A stretch of 64,000 nucleotides of DNA, taken from Candidatus Altiarchaeota archaeon. Its GTDB lineage: Archaea > Altiarchaeota > Altiarchaeia > IMC4 > SCGC-AAA252-I15. Under the pieces are notes generated by a model that worked only from the letters and a program-made list of their open reading frames with translations, was not told the origin of the DNA and searched no databases. Shown piece after piece: positions 8,970-20,109 of this stretch. Position numbers and translations under genes: made by a program. Within the stretch, counting starts at the first letter, position 1; each line of letters begins with the position of its first letter. The DNA is taken from positions 32,001-96,000 of the forward strand of contig JAZDNF010000001.1 of assembly GCA_043800255.1 (NCBI GenBank), given 5' to 3'.

Positions 8970-9763
8970 AAAAGGAGACACAGGACAAGAACCCGAAAAT
9001 ATCGGAGAACCTCGAACGGGTTGGGGTGACCAACCTGAGAACCATCGTCAAGACAAAATGGCGCGGCCATGACTACAGGTTCATACCGAGAATACAGCTG
9101 ACAATCGACCTCAAGAAGGACAGGAAGGGGATCCACATGAGCCGGCTTGTTGAATCCATATCAGAGACCATAGAGGAGGAGACCATGGACGTCCACCGCT
9201 CAATTGAGGAGCTTGGCAGGACAATCCTCGAAAGACTTAAGGAAAAGCACGACTACGAGCGAGGCGAGATAGTGTTCGAGACGGAGCTGGTAACAATCGA
9301 AAAGACTCCTGTAACCCAGAAGGACACCATGGAAGCCCACGACGTGAAGGTCACAGTCAGAAATCGCGACGGCCTTTCCGAGAAGACGCTCGAAGTCAAC
9401 GTTGTAGGCAATACCGTCTGCCCCCATTCGCTCGAGAAGACCGGCGGGAAGACTCACGTGCAGAGGGCGCTGGGGACGCTGACTATCAGCACGTACTATG
9501 ACAATAAGATAACCCTTGAGGAGATGATAAAAGCAGTCGAAAAATCATTCTCCTCTAAGGTTTACACGATACTGAAGACAGAGGACGAGATGCACGTCGT
9601 GAATACCATGATGTCCAACCCGAAGTTCGTGGAAGACGTGGCGAGGGAGATCCTTTACAACGCGAAAAAGTTCAGGAAAAGCAGGGTTAATGCTAAGGTG
9701 GTTTCGATGGAATCCATCCACAGGCACGATGTCATAGCAGAAGGCCAATTTGAGACTTTTTAA
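8966..9763 (+). CDS. mptA: GTP cyclohydrolase, FolE2/MptA (GCH-IB/IV) family
   Basis: RVGV, KGIHMSR, TVCPHS, HVQR, LKTEDE, NPKFVED, ESIHRHD. Confidence 0.88.
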   Translation: MKKETQDKNPKISENLERVGVTNLRTIVKTKWRGHDYRFIPRIQLTIDLKKDRKGIHMSRLVESISETIEEETMDVHRSIEELGRTILERLKEKHDYERGEIVFETELVTIEKTPVTQKDTMEAHDVKVTVRNRDGLSEKTLEVNVVGNTVCPHSLEKTGGKTHVQRALGTLTISTYYDNKITLEEMIKAVEKSFSSKVYTILKTEDEMHVVNTMMSNPKFVEDVAREILYNAKKFRKSRVNAKVVSMESIHRHDVIAEGQFETF

Positions 9764-9792
9764 CCCTCGATTCACATTAATTAGTCCTTAAA

Positions 9793-10551
9793 ATGATAGG
9801 AAAAAAAGTCAGACTTGAACGGATACTGGACAGGAAAACAGGGAAGACCGTCATAGTCCCCCTCGACCACGGTGTAACAGTCGGCCCCATAGAAGGCCTT
9901 GAAGACCTTCCGAAGACGATAAACGACGTCGCAAAAGGCGGCGCCAACGCCGTTCTCATGCACAAGGGCATGATACAGTACGGTCACAGAGGCTACGGCA
10001 AGGACGTCGGGCTGATAATCCACCTTTCGGCAGGCACGTGCCTCGGCCCGGACCCGAACTGCAAGGTACTTGTTGGCACAGTAAAGGAGGCTATCCGCCT
10101 TGGAGCGGACGCAGTTTCCATACACATCAACATAGGCGCCGAGGACGAGAGCAGCATGCTCTCCGATTTCGGGAAGATAACATTAGACTGCCAGGACTAT
10201 GGCATGCCTCTCCTGGCTATGATGTACCCTAGGGGTAAGGACATAAAAGACGGCCACGACGTGAAATACGTCAAGCATGTCGCGAGGCTTGGAGCGGAGT
10301 TAGGCGCTGACATAATAAAGACCGTCTACACCGGCGACAAGAAGACGTTCAAACAGGTGATTGAGGGATGCCCTGCTCCGGTAGTGATAGCAGGAGGCCC
10401 GAAGATTGACAGCGAAAAGGCACTGCTTGCGATGATAGACGATGCCATGGAATGCGGCGCAGCCGGCGTTTCGATAGGCAGGAACGTTTTCCAGGCAGAA
10501 GACAGGGTCGGCCTGACGAAGAAGATATGCGACATAGTCCACGGGCGCTAG
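9793..10551 (+). CDS. aroA': 2-amino-3,7-dideoxy-D-threo-hept-6-ulosonate synthase / class I DhnA-type aldolase (MJ0400-like)
   Basis: [34 protein letters not shown]. Confidence 0.8.
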   Translation: MIGKKVRLERILDRKTGKTVIVPLDHGVTVGPIEGLEDLPKTINDVAKGGANAVLMHKGMIQYGHRGYGKDVGLIIHLSAGTCLGPDPNCKVLVGTVKEAIRLGADAVSIHINIGAEDESSMLSDFGKITLDCQDYGMPLLAMMYPRGKDIKDGHDVKYVKHVARLGAELGADIIKTVYTGDKKTFKQVIEGCPAPVVIAGGPKIDSEKALLAMIDDAMECGAAGVSIGRNVFQAEDRVGLTKKICDIVHGR

Positions 10552-10575
10552 TGTCCCCGTTGTTTTCAGATTAGA

Positions 10576-11505
10576 ATGAGACGCAACATAAGCAAATATT
10601 CTAACGTACGGGGCTCAGGCGACAGAGGTCCACGTGAGTTCAAGTCCATAAAACCAAAGCGCGTCGGCAGTCTGATGCACATAGCGACAAAGGATGTGAT
10701 AACGACGCATCCCGAGAATTCTATAAAAAACGTCTCCAAGCTCATGGAGGAGCACGACTTCCGGAGGATCCCCGTCACTGACGCAGGCACAAGCCGCCTT
10801 GAGGGCTTGGTTGTTGCAATGGACATACTGGATTTCCTGGGCGGCGGCAAAAAATACAATATCATCGTAAAAGACTACCAGAGCAACTTCCTCTCGGCCA
10901 TCAACTGTCCCATAAGGAAGATAATGCGGGAGCCGTCCTATCTCACAATGGATTCGGACATACATGGTGCCGTCGAAATCATGGTGACAAAGAAGACGAG
11001 CGCAATCCCGGTAGTGGACAATGATGATAGCATGAAGGTCATAGCCATAGTCACGGAAAGTGACGTCCTACCCGAGGCGGTCAAGATAGGCGTTGAAGTC
11101 AAGGACGCAATGCAGGAGAACCCGATAACCTCGACTCTGGGGATGATGGTATCAGACGTATCGAAGGTTATGGTGCGGAACCAGATCAGGAGGCTGCCTG
11201 TGATAAGAGAGGACAAGCTGATTGGCGTCGTGACGCAGTTCGACATCCTACGATTCTTGGGGAAAGGCAACTTCAAGAGTACCGACGTAGAAACAAACCT
11301 TAGCACGAGGGTTGATGAGATAATGGAGAAGAAAGTCGTCTCCGTTGCTCCGAGACAGGACCTGTCGGAAGTCATAAAGCTTATGAAGAAGACCGGGTTA
11401 GGCGGCTTCCCGGTTGTCGAAAAAGGACGGCTGGTCGGGATAATAACGTCAACTGACGTAATACGTGAGGCTTATGAGGCCGGCCGGCTTGCGGAGGCAA
11501 AATAG
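10576..11505 (+). CDS. Four-CBS-domain protein (MJ1225-like)
   Basis: Repeated RRIPV/RRLPV/GGFPVV...GIIT CBS motifs; DILDFLGGG.KYNII. Confidence 0.85.
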   Translation: MRRNISKYSNVRGSGDRGPREFKSIKPKRVGSLMHIATKDVITTHPENSIKNVSKLMEEHDFRRIPVTDAGTSRLEGLVVAMDILDFLGGGKKYNIIVKDYQSNFLSAINCPIRKIMREPSYLTMDSDIHGAVEIMVTKKTSAIPVVDNDDSMKVIAIVTESDVLPEAVKIGVEVKDAMQENPITSTLGMMVSDVSKVMVRNQIRRLPVIREDKLIGVVTQFDILRFLGKGNFKSTDVETNLSTRVDEIMEKKVVSVAPRQDLSEVIKLMKKTGLGGFPVVEKGRLVGIITSTDVIREAYEAGRLAEAK

Positions 11506-11567
11506 AAAGCCTTTTATAGTATGAAAACAAAGTATTAAGTTACTTTCTTTTTCTGAGAGGAGCGAGT

Positions 11568-11789
11568 TTGATAAACAATTCCCTAGTCCCAAAGCATGAG
11601 TTGCTAAAACCAGAGGAGGCGGAGGCAGTTTTGGCAGAGTATAATGCGACTCGCGATGAGATGCCAAAGATAAAATCCGACGACCCTGCAATCTCCCAAC
11701 TAAGCCCCAAAGAGGGGGACATCATAAAGATAATACGGAACAACCCTCTCATAGGCGAGTCATTCTACTACCGGGTTGTTATAAAATAA
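11568..11789 (+). CDS. rpoH: RNA polymerase subunit Rpo5 (H)
   Basis: LVPKHELL, PKIKSDDP, GDIIKIIR, YYRVV; TTG start. Confidence 0.95.
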   Translation: MINNSLVPKHELLKPEEAEAVLAEYNATRDEMPKIKSDDPAISQLSPKEGDIIKIIRNNPLIGESFYYRVVIK

Positions 11790-11790
11790 A

Positions 11791-13227
11791 ATGCTAAGGA
11801 TATCCGACTTCATAGGGCGTGATGACCTCACGAAATTCCAGATCGAGTCCTTCAACTGGCTTGTCGAGAAGGGTCTCCAGGAGGTCATAGACGAGCGGGA
11901 GCCGATTGACATAGAAATACCCGGCTACAGCCTCGACCTTGGCAAGATAGAGATCGGAAAACCAGAGGTTAACGAGTCAGGCCAGGGGGCTGAGTCGCGC
12001 TACCCCTTCGAATGCCGCCTCAGGAATCTAACGTATTCCGCGCCCATACTACTGGATTTCATAGAGAACGGAGAGCGGATAAAAGTCGAGATCGGCCACC
12101 TGCCGATAATGCTGAGGTCGAAGGCATGCCTTCTGTCCGGCCTCTCTGACGAAGAGCTTATAGAACGTGGCGAGGACTCTGAGGACATGGGGGGCTATTT
12201 CATAATCAACGGCACCGAGAGGTCGCTCATCATCGTGGAGGACCTGGCGCCGAACAGGATTGTAACGACCATTGAAAGCGTTGCCGGGAAGGAAGTAACA
12301 CTCGCAAAGGTTTTCTCCATCAGGCAGGGATTCAGGTCGAGGGTAACGGTCGAAAAGAGGGAAGTCGGCAAGGACGGCTCGCTATTCGTGACCTTCCCTG
12401 GCATACCCAACAGGATATCTCTCACGATACTGATGAAGTCTCTGGGGTTGGAAGACCGGGAAATCCTGGAGATGTTCGAGGGGGACATGAAGCTCGAGAT
12501 TCTCATGAACATGGAAGTCAAGAACATGTCCAAGGAGAAGGCTTTCGACTATCTGGGCAAGAGGGCCGGCGCAGGCCATGCCAAACAGTACCAGAGCACG
12601 AGAGCCAACCAGGTCGTGAACAACTTCCTGCTGCCGCACATCGGCAACACGGAGAGGGACAGGCGGGCGAAGGCACGCTATCTTGGGATAATGGCGAAGA
12701 AGGTCATGGAATTGGGCACTAACATGAGAGAGCCTGACGACAAGGACCACTACTCCAATAAGAGGCTCAGGCTTGCCGGAGACCTCATGCAGGAGCTTTT
12801 CAGGGTCAGTTTCAACAAGATTGCCAGGGACATAAAGTACCAGCTCGAGAAGCAGAGCGCAAGGCACAGGACAGTTAACATACGGACGGCCGTCAGGAGC
12901 AACAACCTGACTGAGAGCATATGCTATGCGCTGGCAACCGGTAACTGGACCGGCGGCAGAAGCGGTGTCAGCCAGGTCCTAGACAGGACGAACCACCTGG
13001 CTGCGATAGCCCACAGAAGAAGAGTCTCATCCCTCCTGAGCAGAAGCCACCCCCACTTCGAGGCAAGGGACCTGCATCCAACGCAGTGGGGCAGGATATG
13101 CCCAAACGAGACTCCAGAGGGCCAGAACTGCGGTCTGGTGAAGAACCTGGCAGTGAGCGCATACGTTACGACAGAGGAGGACGAGCGGATTGTTGACAAA
13201 TACTTGAAGGAGATGGGAGTTCAATGA
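11791..13227 (+). CDS. rpo2N: RNA polymerase subunit Rpo2N (B'')
   Basis: [40 protein letters not shown]. Confidence 0.96.
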   Translation: MLRISDFIGRDDLTKFQIESFNWLVEKGLQEVIDEREPIDIEIPGYSLDLGKIEIGKPEVNESGQGAESRYPFECRLRNLTYSAPILLDFIENGERIKVEIGHLPIMLRSKACLLSGLSDEELIERGEDSEDMGGYFIINGTERSLIIVEDLAPNRIVTTIESVAGKEVTLAKVFSIRQGFRSRVTVEKREVGKDGSLFVTFPGIPNRISLTILMKSLGLEDREILEMFEGDMKLEILMNMEVKNMSKEKAFDYLGKRAGAGHAKQYQSTRANQVVNNFLLPHIGNTERDRRAKARYLGIMAKKVMELGTNMREPDDKDHYSNKRLRLAGDLMQELFRVSFNKIARDIKYQLEKQSARHRTVNIRTAVRSNNLTESICYALATGNWTGGRSGVSQVLDRTNHLAAIAHRRRVSSLLSRSHPHFEARDLHPTQWGRICPNETPEGQNCGLVKNLAVSAYVTTEEDERIVDKYLKEMGVQ

Positions 13228-15032
13228 CAGACGTTTACCTTAATGGCAGACTCATAGGAGACCACCAGAAGCCTGAGCAGCTTGTCGAGAGGCTCAGAGA
13301 ACTGAGACGCAAGGGTGAGATATCATCCACGGTTTCCATAAGCTTCAGGGAGGAGAACAACGAGGTCCAGATATACACTGACAAGGGTCGGGTTCTGAGG
13401 CCTGTCATCGTCGTAAAGAACGGGAAGTCGCTGCTGACCGAAAAGCACGTCGAGGACATACGAGCCAGGAAAAAGACGTTCCAGGATTTTGTGGCCGAGG
13501 GCATTGTAGAGTACATAGACGCAGAGGAGGAGGAGAATACGCTGATAGCGATAACAGAAGAGGATTTAGAGAAAGACCACACCCACGTCGAGGTTACCCC
13601 ATCCCTTGTGCTTGGACTGTCTTCAGGCTTTGCGCCGTATCCTGAGCACAATTCATCGCCGAGGGTCACGATGGCTGCCGCAATGGCAAAGCAGAGCCTC
13701 GGCCTGTACGCTTCAAACTACTTCTCCCGCTTCGACAGCAGGGCTAACATACTACATTACACTCAGACGCCTCTTGTAAAGACCGACATTACGGACTCTC
13801 TGGATTATCACAAGCGTCCCGCAGGACAGAATTTCGTAGTTGCTGTTATGAGCTACGAAGGGTACAACATGGAGGATGCGATAATCCTGAATAAGAGTGC
13901 CGTCGAACGCGGCCTCGGCAGGTCGACGTTCTACAGGACATACACTGCAGAGGAAAGAGGCTATCCTTCAGGGCAGAGGGACAAGTTCGAAATACCTGCA
14001 GAGGACGTTGAGGGAACCCAGTCTGAGGAAGCCTACGTCAAGCTCGACCAGGACGGCCTGATATTCCCTGAAACAGACGTGGACACCGATGAGGTTCTGA
14101 TCGGCAAGACCTCGCCTCCAAGGTTCCTGGAGGAGATAGGCCCCTACGGGATTGTAAGCGAGAAGAGGAGGGAGACGTCAACTACGGTGAGGCACATGGA
14201 ATCTGGAACCGTCGACTGCGTCATCCTCTCGGAAACATCAGAGAAGAACAAGCTGGTCAAGATCAGGGTCAGAAGCTTAAGGGTGCCTGAGCTCGGAGAC
14301 AAGTTCGCATCAAGGCACGGCCAGAAAGGCATAGTGGGCATGGTCGTTCCGCATGAGGACATGCCATTCACAAAGGACGGGGTCGTTCCAGATCTGATAA
14401 TCAATCCGCATGCCATTCCATCCAGAATGACTGTAGGTCACGTCTTAGAGATGATAGGCGGCAAGGTTGCATCGCTCTCAGGGGACATGACAAATGCGAC
14501 GATATTCGACAACGTCAGCGAGGAAGACCTTAGAGGAAGCCTCAAGAAGTTCGGTTTCAATGATACGGGGAAGGAGAAGATGTACAACGGGATAACCGGC
14601 GAGCAGTTCCATGTGGACATTTTCATAGGCGTAATCTACTATCAGAAGCTCCATCACATGGTGGCAAATAAGATGCATGCTCGTTCGAGAGGGCCGGTGC
14701 AGATGCTCACAAGGCAGCCCACCGAGGGAAGGGCCAGGGAAGGCGGTCTGAGATTCGGAGAGATGGAGAGGGACTGCCTGATAGCTCACGGCGCGTCCAT
14801 GCTGCTTAAGGACAGGCTGCTGGACGAGTCCGACAGGATTGTCGTTCCAATATGCAACAAGTGCGGTCTTGTGGCGACAAGGGACTTCGAGAAGAAGACA
14901 ACCTACTGTCCGATATGCGGTGAAGTGCAGACTCACTATGTGGAGATGGCATATGCCTTCAAACTGCTCTTGGACGAGTTGAAGGGCATGTGCATCTACC
15001 CGAAATTAAAGCTGACCGAGAGGGTGTCATAA
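13224..15032 (+). CDS. rpo2C: RNA polymerase subunit Rpo2C (B')
   Basis: [29 protein letters not shown]. Confidence 0.96.
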   Translation: MTDVYLNGRLIGDHQKPEQLVERLRELRRKGEISSTVSISFREENNEVQIYTDKGRVLRPVIVVKNGKSLLTEKHVEDIRARKKTFQDFVAEGIVEYIDAEEEENTLIAITEEDLEKDHTHVEVTPSLVLGLSSGFAPYPEHNSSPRVTMAAAMAKQSLGLYASNYFSRFDSRANILHYTQTPLVKTDITDSLDYHKRPAGQNFVVAVMSYEGYNMEDAIILNKSAVERGLGRSTFYRTYTAEERGYPSGQRDKFEIPAEDVEGTQSEEAYVKLDQDGLIFPETDVDTDEVLIGKTSPPRFLEEIGPYGIVSEKRRETSTTVRHMESGTVDCVILSETSEKNKLVKIRVRSLRVPELGDKFASRHGQKGIVGMVVPHEDMPFTKDGVVPDLIINPHAIPSRMTVGHVLEMIGGKVASLSGDMTNATIFDNVSEEDLRGSLKKFGFNDTGKEKMYNGITGEQFHVDIFIGVIYYQKLHHMVANKMHARSRGPVQMLTRQPTEGRAREGGLRFGEMERDCLIAHGASMLLKDRLLDESDRIVVPICNKCGLVATRDFEKKTTYCPICGEVQTHYVEMAYAFKLLLDELKGMCIYPKLKLTERVS

Positions 15033-15033
15033 G

Positions 15034-18000
15034 ATGATAATATCAAAGAAGATAGATCACATCGAGTTCGGGCTTTTCAGCTCGAGGATGGTACAGAAGC
15101 TCTCCGCAGCGAGAATCTACACTCCAACGACATACGACGACGATGGGTACCCGATAGAAGGCGGCCTTATGGACCCGCGACTCGGTGTCATAGACCCTGG
15201 GATAAGGTGTAAGACGTGCGGCGGGAGGATTGGCGAGTGTCACGGGCACTTCGGTCACGTCCAGCTTACAAGGCCCGTAATCCACGTCGGATACGCCCGC
15301 GAAGTTTACAACCTATTGAGGGCTACGTGCAGGGCTTGCGGCAGGCTTCTCATAGCAGATGATGCGCTCTCAAAGTATGACACCCAAAAGCTGACCGATG
15401 ACCAGATTGATGCAATATGGACCAAGGCCATGAAGGTCACCGACGCAGCCGGCAAATGCCAGCACTGCGAAGCCAAGCAGATCAAGATAAAGTTCGTCAG
15501 ACCCTACTCCTACTACGAGGACGAGAGCAATCTCCTCGTTACCGACGTCAAAGAGCGGTTCGAGAAGATCAAGGACGAGGATCTGGTTTACTTTGGGCTT
15601 AAGGTCAGGCCCGAGTGGATGGTAATGAGCGTTATACCCGTGCTCCCAATAACCACGAGACCGTCAATCACGTTAGAGTCTGCGGACAGGAGCGAGGACG
15701 ACCTCACTCACAAGCTGGTGGACATACTCAGGATAAACCAGCGTCTTGAGGAGAACATAAACTCCGGCGCGCCGCAACTCATCATAGAAGACCTGTGGGA
15801 CCTTCTGCAGTATCATATAGCGACATATTTTGACAACGGCATAACCGGCATACCTCCGGCAAGGCACAGGTCTGGCAGGCCCCTGAAGACGATTGCACAG
15901 AGGCTTAAGTCCAAGGAGGGACGGTTCAGGAACAACCTCTCAGGGAAGAGGGTTAACTTCTCTGCAAGAACCGTCGTAGGCCCTGACCCGAACATAAGCA
16001 TAAGCGAGGTCGGAATACCCTATCCTGTCGCAATTGAGCTGACAGTTCCTGAAGAGGTTAACGAGCGCAACATCGATGAGCTGAAATCATACATACGAAA
16101 CGGGCCGAGCATGCATCCCGGGGCCCATAATGTCGTTTCAGCTGGCAAGAGGAAGAGAATACTCGACGAGACCAAGGACGCGATAGCTGACACAATCGCA
16201 ATCGGCGACGTTGTTGAACGCCATCTCATAAACAATGACATTGTCCTATTCAACAGGCAGCCTTCGCTTCACAGGATTTCAATGATGGCACACAGGGTTA
16301 GAGTGCTGCCATACAACACCTTCAGGATGAACACTGCGGTTTGCGCTCCATACAACGCAGACTTCGACGGCGATGAGATGAACATCCACGTCCCGCAGTC
16401 CGAGGAGGCCATAGCAGAGGCTGACATCCTGATGAGCGTTCAGGAGAACATAATCTCTCCCCGCACTGGCAAGCCGATAATCGGAGGGCGGCATGACCAC
16501 GTTACTGGAATGTACCTGCTGACCAAGGACGATACGACCATCACGCGGGAGGAGGCGCTTGATATCGCCATAGACATAGTAAAACTTCCCGAAGGCAAGA
16601 AGAAGTTCACAGGCAAGGAGATATTCAGTCTGCTGCTTCCAGAGGACTTTAGCATAGAGTTCAACGGCAAGTTCCCGGGGAACAAGGTTGTGGTAGAGAA
16701 GGGCAAGCTCAAGAGCGGGATAATAGACGTTGAGGGGCTGGAAGGAGACCTCCTGAAAGAGATCTTCATAAGATACGGTTCAGAAAGGGCCAAGCAGTTC
16801 ATAGACGACTCTACAAGGCTTTCCATAAGGTCATTCATGAAGTACGGGTTCAGCGTAGGCATAGACGAAGGCGACCTGCCTCCAAGAGGAATCAAGGATA
16901 TAGAGGACCTCATAAAAGGGACGGAAGGAAATGTAAACGAGCTCATAAAATCCTACAATCAAGACGAACTTAAGATAATCCCCGGCAAGTCTCCCCAGGA
17001 GTCTCTCGAAGACTACATAATGGCGGAATTGGGACGGTGCAGAAGCGAGGCAGGCAAAATTGCCGCAAAATACATAGGCCTCAACAGCGCAGTCATCATG
17101 GCGAACACAGGAGCCAGAGGCAGCATGCTGAACCTCACTCAGATGTCCGGGTCGGTCGGGCAGCAGGCTGTCAGAGGCCAGAGAATAAGCAGAGGATACC
17201 ATTCGAGAACACTATCCAGCTTCAGAAAATCGGACTTCAGCGCCGGCGCGAAGGGGTTCGTGGAGTCAAGCTTCAAGAAGGGTCTGACGCCAACAGAATA
17301 CTTCTTCCACTCTATGGGTGGCAGAGAAGGTCTCGTAGACACTGCCATACGAACCGGAAGATCAGGTTATATGCAGAGAAGGCTCATCAACGCCCTTCAG
17401 GATTTATCTGTCAGAGCTGACGGCAGCGTCAGAGGTGACGGGAACGTCATAGTCCAGTTCAAATACGGCGAGGATGGTATAGACCCGATGAGGAAAGAGT
17501 TCCTGAAAGTCAAGGGAGCAAAGCAGAAGGCCACAGTCGACAGCGGCGAGGTGGTCGGAACAGTCGCCGCCCAGAGCATCGGAGAGCCTGGAACGCAGAT
17601 GACGCTGAGGACATTCCACTATGCAGGAGTTGTTGAGCTTTCCGTGCCATTGGGTCTTCCGAGGCTTATCGAGATAATAGACGCAAAACGTTCACCTAAG
17701 AACTCGATAATGAAGATTTACCTCGACGAGGAGCACAGGATAACCAAGAAGAAGGCCCACGAGGTAGCCTCCCAGCTGATGGAGAGATTCCTGAGCGACA
17801 TCGCGACCATCGACATAGACCTGGACAAGAAGGAGCTTATCATAAAGACTGACGACCCGCAGGTGAAGGAGACTGTGACCAAGCTGACTGAGATTGAACC
17901 CCAGAGGAACGTCTTCAGGATACCTGCAACGTCCATCGCAGACCTCCAGAAGCTGAAAACCAAGCTGAGCAGGAAGAGGGTCGCGGGCATTCCTGACATC

Positions 18001-18495
18001 AGGAGAGTCTTCATCAGAAGTCACGGCGACGAATATCTGATATACGCCGAGGGCTCGAACCTGAAAGACGTCCTAGAGATAAAAGGCGTTGACACGAAGA
18101 GGACGAGAACCAATGACATACTGCAGATATACGAGACACTCGGGATTGAAGCCGCGAGGAATTCCATAATAAACGAGGCGAAGGACGTCTTGGACGACCA
18201 GAACCTCGACGTGGACATAAGGCATATCATGCTCGTGGCCGACACGATGACTTCGACAGGGATGGTGCAGGCCGTAGGCCGGCAGGGGATAAGCGGCAGC
18301 AAGGGCTCAGTACTTGCGAGGGCCGCGTTCGAGGAGACCGAGAAGCACATACTGAATGCTGCATTGCATGCTGAGATAGACCCGCTGGCAGGCGTTGCGG
18401 AGAACATCATCGTAGGCCAGCCGATACCTGTCGGAACCGGCACTGTAAAGATCTCAGTCAAACCCGATATCCTAAAGAGCCTGAGGAAGAAGTAG
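15034..18495 (+). CDS. rpo1: RNA polymerase subunit Rpo1, fused A'+A'' (1153 aa)
   Basis: NADFDGD catalytic motif, and A'' motifs QSIGEPGTQMTLRTFH, RHIMLVAD, ARAAFE in the same ORF. Confidence 0.95.
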   Translation: MIISKKIDHIEFGLFSSRMVQKLSAARIYTPTTYDDDGYPIEGGLMDPRLGVIDPGIRCKTCGGRIGECHGHFGHVQLTRPVIHVGYAREVYNLLRATCRACGRLLIADDALSKYDTQKLTDDQIDAIWTKAMKVTDAAGKCQHCEAKQIKIKFVRPYSYYEDESNLLVTDVKERFEKIKDEDLVYFGLKVRPEWMVMSVIPVLPITTRPSITLESADRSEDDLTHKLVDILRINQRLEENINSGAPQLIIEDLWDLLQYHIATYFDNGITGIPPARHRSGRPLKTIAQRLKSKEGRFRNNLSGKRVNFSARTVVGPDPNISISEVGIPYPVAIELTVPEEVNERNIDELKSYIRNGPSMHPGAHNVVSAGKRKRILDETKDAIADTIAIGDVVERHLINNDIVLFNRQPSLHRISMMAHRVRVLPYNTFRMNTAVCAPYNADFDGDEMNIHVPQSEEAIAEADILMSVQENIISPRTGKPIIGGRHDHVTGMYLLTKDDTTITREEALDIAIDIVKLPEGKKKFTGKEIFSLLLPEDFSIEFNGKFPGNKVVVEKGKLKSGIIDVEGLEGDLLKEIFIRYGSERAKQFIDDSTRLSIRSFMKYGFSVGIDEGDLPPRGIKDIEDLIKGTEGNVNELIKSYNQDELKIIPGKSPQESLEDYIMAELGRCRSEAGKIAAKYIGLNSAVIMANTGARGSMLNLTQMSGSVGQQAVRGQRISRGYHSRTLSSFRKSDFSAGAKGFVESSFKKGLTPTEYFFHSMGGREGLVDTAIRTGRSGYMQRRLINALQDLSVRADGSVRGDGNVIVQFKYGEDGIDPMRKEFLKVKGAKQKATVDSGEVVGTVAAQSIGEPGTQMTLRTFHYAGVVELSVPLGLPRLIEIIDAKRSPKNSIMKIYLDEEHRITKKKAHEVASQLMERFLSDIATIDIDLDKKELIIKTDDPQVKETVTKLTEIEPQRNVFRIPATSIADLQKLKTKLSRKRVAGIPDIRRVFIRSHGDEYLIYAEGSNLKDVLEIKGVDTKRTRTNDILQIYETLGIEAARNSIINEAKDVLDDQNLDVDIRHIMLVADTMTSTGMVQAVGRQGISGSKGSVLARAAFEETEKHILNAALHAEIDPLAGVAENIIVGQPIPVGTGTVKISVKPDILKSLRKK

Positions 18496-18496
18496 G

Positions 18497-18772
18497 ATGA
18501 AAGACATAAGAGATGAGATATCCAATACTATCAAGACAAGAACGGTTGCGATAGGTTACAATACGACTGTAGAGAGCCTACTCAACGGACAGCCTACAAC
18601 CGTCTTCGCGAGCAGCAGGATACCCCTCAAGATGATGAACGACATTAAATACTACACCAAGGTGCTTGGCATACCCCTCGAGGTTATAGACGTCGACACC
18701 CTTGAGCTGGGTTCCATATGCAACAGGTCTTATCCAGTGTCGGTCCTGGCGGTTTTAGAGGACAAAGGCTAG
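18497..18772 (+). CDS. rpl30e: Ribosomal protein eL30
   Basis: IGYNTT, ELGSICNRSYPVSVLAV; conserved position between rpo1 and nusA. Confidence 0.85.
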   Translation: MKDIRDEISNTIKTRTVAIGYNTTVESLLNGQPTTVFASSRIPLKMMNDIKYYTKVLGIPLEVIDVDTLELGSICNRSYPVSVLAVLEDKG

Positions 18773-18793
18773 AATAATATCAGGTGGTAATAG

Positions 18794-19225
18794 TTGGTGA
18801 AAATCAGGCTTGGGACGGAGGACATCAAATACATGAGACTATTCGAATCACTAACAGGCGCAACGGTCAAGGACTTCGTCAAAGAGGAGGGTGCGGTAGG
18901 ATTCCTCATAAAAAAAGGCGACATGGGTCTGGCCATCGGGAAGGGGGGCGCCAATGTCGAGAAGATGAGGAACCTGGTCGGGAAGAGCATATGGATTGTC
19001 GAATTCGACACGGATGAGAGGAACTTCGTCAGAAACCTGTTCCAACCGGTTAAGATAAAAGACGTCAGATTCAACAACACAAAGAACGAGAAGACGGCAA
19101 TAGTCGAAGTTTCAAACAGCGACAAGAGAAAGGTGATAGGGCACAACGGCTCAAGGATACACATAGCGAGGCAGCTTGCTAAAAGGCATTTCATGATAAA
19201 CAACATCTCGATACAATCAACATAA
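18794..19225 (+). CDS. nusA: Archaeal NusA (KH domain)
   Basis: [24 protein letters not shown]. Confidence 0.93.
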   Translation: MVKIRLGTEDIKYMRLFESLTGATVKDFVKEEGAVGFLIKKGDMGLAIGKGGANVEKMRNLVGKSIWIVEFDTDERNFVRNLFQPVKIKDVRFNNTKNEKTAIVEVSNSDKRKVIGHNGSRIHIARQLAKRHFMINNISIQST

Positions 19226-19226
19226 A

Positions 19227-19655
19227 ATGGCTACAGGAGAATTTGCCGCAAAAAAATTGGAAGGCGACCGGCATAAATTTAGGTGGAAGAAGGAGAAGTA
19301 CGCCAGAAGAGTGCTCAGGCTTAAGGAGAAGCACGACCCATTGGAAGGCGCACCGCAGGCGAAGGGCATCGTCCTCGAAAAGGTAGGCCTTGAGGCAAAG
19401 CAGCCGAACAGCGCCATAAGAAAGTGCGTCAGGGTGCAGCTGATAAAGAACGGCAGGCAGGCTACCGCATTCTGCCCCGGAAACAGGGCCGTGACCTTCA
19501 TCGAAGAGCACGATGACGTTCTCATAGAGGGGATCGGCGGGAGAAAGGGCCGCTCAATGGGTGACATACCCGGGGTGAGATACAAGGTTATCAAGGTTAA
19601 CGACGTCTCCTTGGACGAGCTGGTCAGAGGCAGAAAGGAGAAACCACAGAGATAG
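19227..19655 (+). CDS. rps12: Ribosomal protein uS12
   Basis: [30 protein letters not shown]. Confidence 0.97.
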   Translation: MATGEFAAKKLEGDRHKFRWKKEKYARRVLRLKEKHDPLEGAPQAKGIVLEKVGLEAKQPNSAIRKCVRVQLIKNGRQATAFCPGNRAVTFIEEHDDVLIEGIGGRKGRSMGDIPGVRYKVIKVNDVSLDELVRGRKEKPQR

Positions 19656-19667
19656 GACCCATTTTTT
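19656..19667 (+). terminator. Putative oligo-T terminator GACCCATTTTTT
   Basis: Immediately after the rps12 stop; identical 12-mer at 28407-28418 after another stop. Confidence 0.5.
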
Positions 19668-19718
19668 AAGTATGTCTGACCTATATTTAAGCCTACTTTG
19701 TCAAATTCACGAGATAAA

Positions 19719-20108
19719 ATGATGCACGATTTGCTAAACGATGCGATATCCAACATAAGGAACAGCGAGAGGATAGGAGAGGGAGTATGCAATGTGAAGC
19801 CCGCCTCAAAACTGCTGTTGGAGGTTCTCAAGGTGTTCCAGAAGGAGGGATACATCGGCGAGATTGAGGTATCAAACCAGCCTGCCGGAGGAACCATCAG
19901 AGTAACTCTAAAGAAGCAGATCAACGACTGCGGTGTGATAAAACCAAGGTTTGCTGTGAAAAATGACGATTTCACCAAATGGGAGAAACGTTTCCTGCCT
20001 TCCAGAGACTTCGGAGTGTTGGTAATGTCAACTCCCAAAGGGGTCATGGACCACAAAACCGCCAAGGGGAATGGTCTTGGCGGGAGGCTTTTAGCTTACG
20101 TCTACTGA
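19719..20108 (+). CDS. rps8: Ribosomal protein uS8
   Basis: KPASK, EGYIGE, INDCGVIKPRF, STPKGVM, GGRLLAYVY. Confidence 0.96.
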   Translation: MMHDLLNDAISNIRNSERIGEGVCNVKPASKLLLEVLKVFQKEGYIGEIEVSNQPAGGTIRVTLKKQINDCGVIKPRFAVKNDDFTKWEKRFLPSRDFGVLVMSTPKGVMDHKTAKGNGLGGRLLAYVY

Positions 20109-20109
20109 G

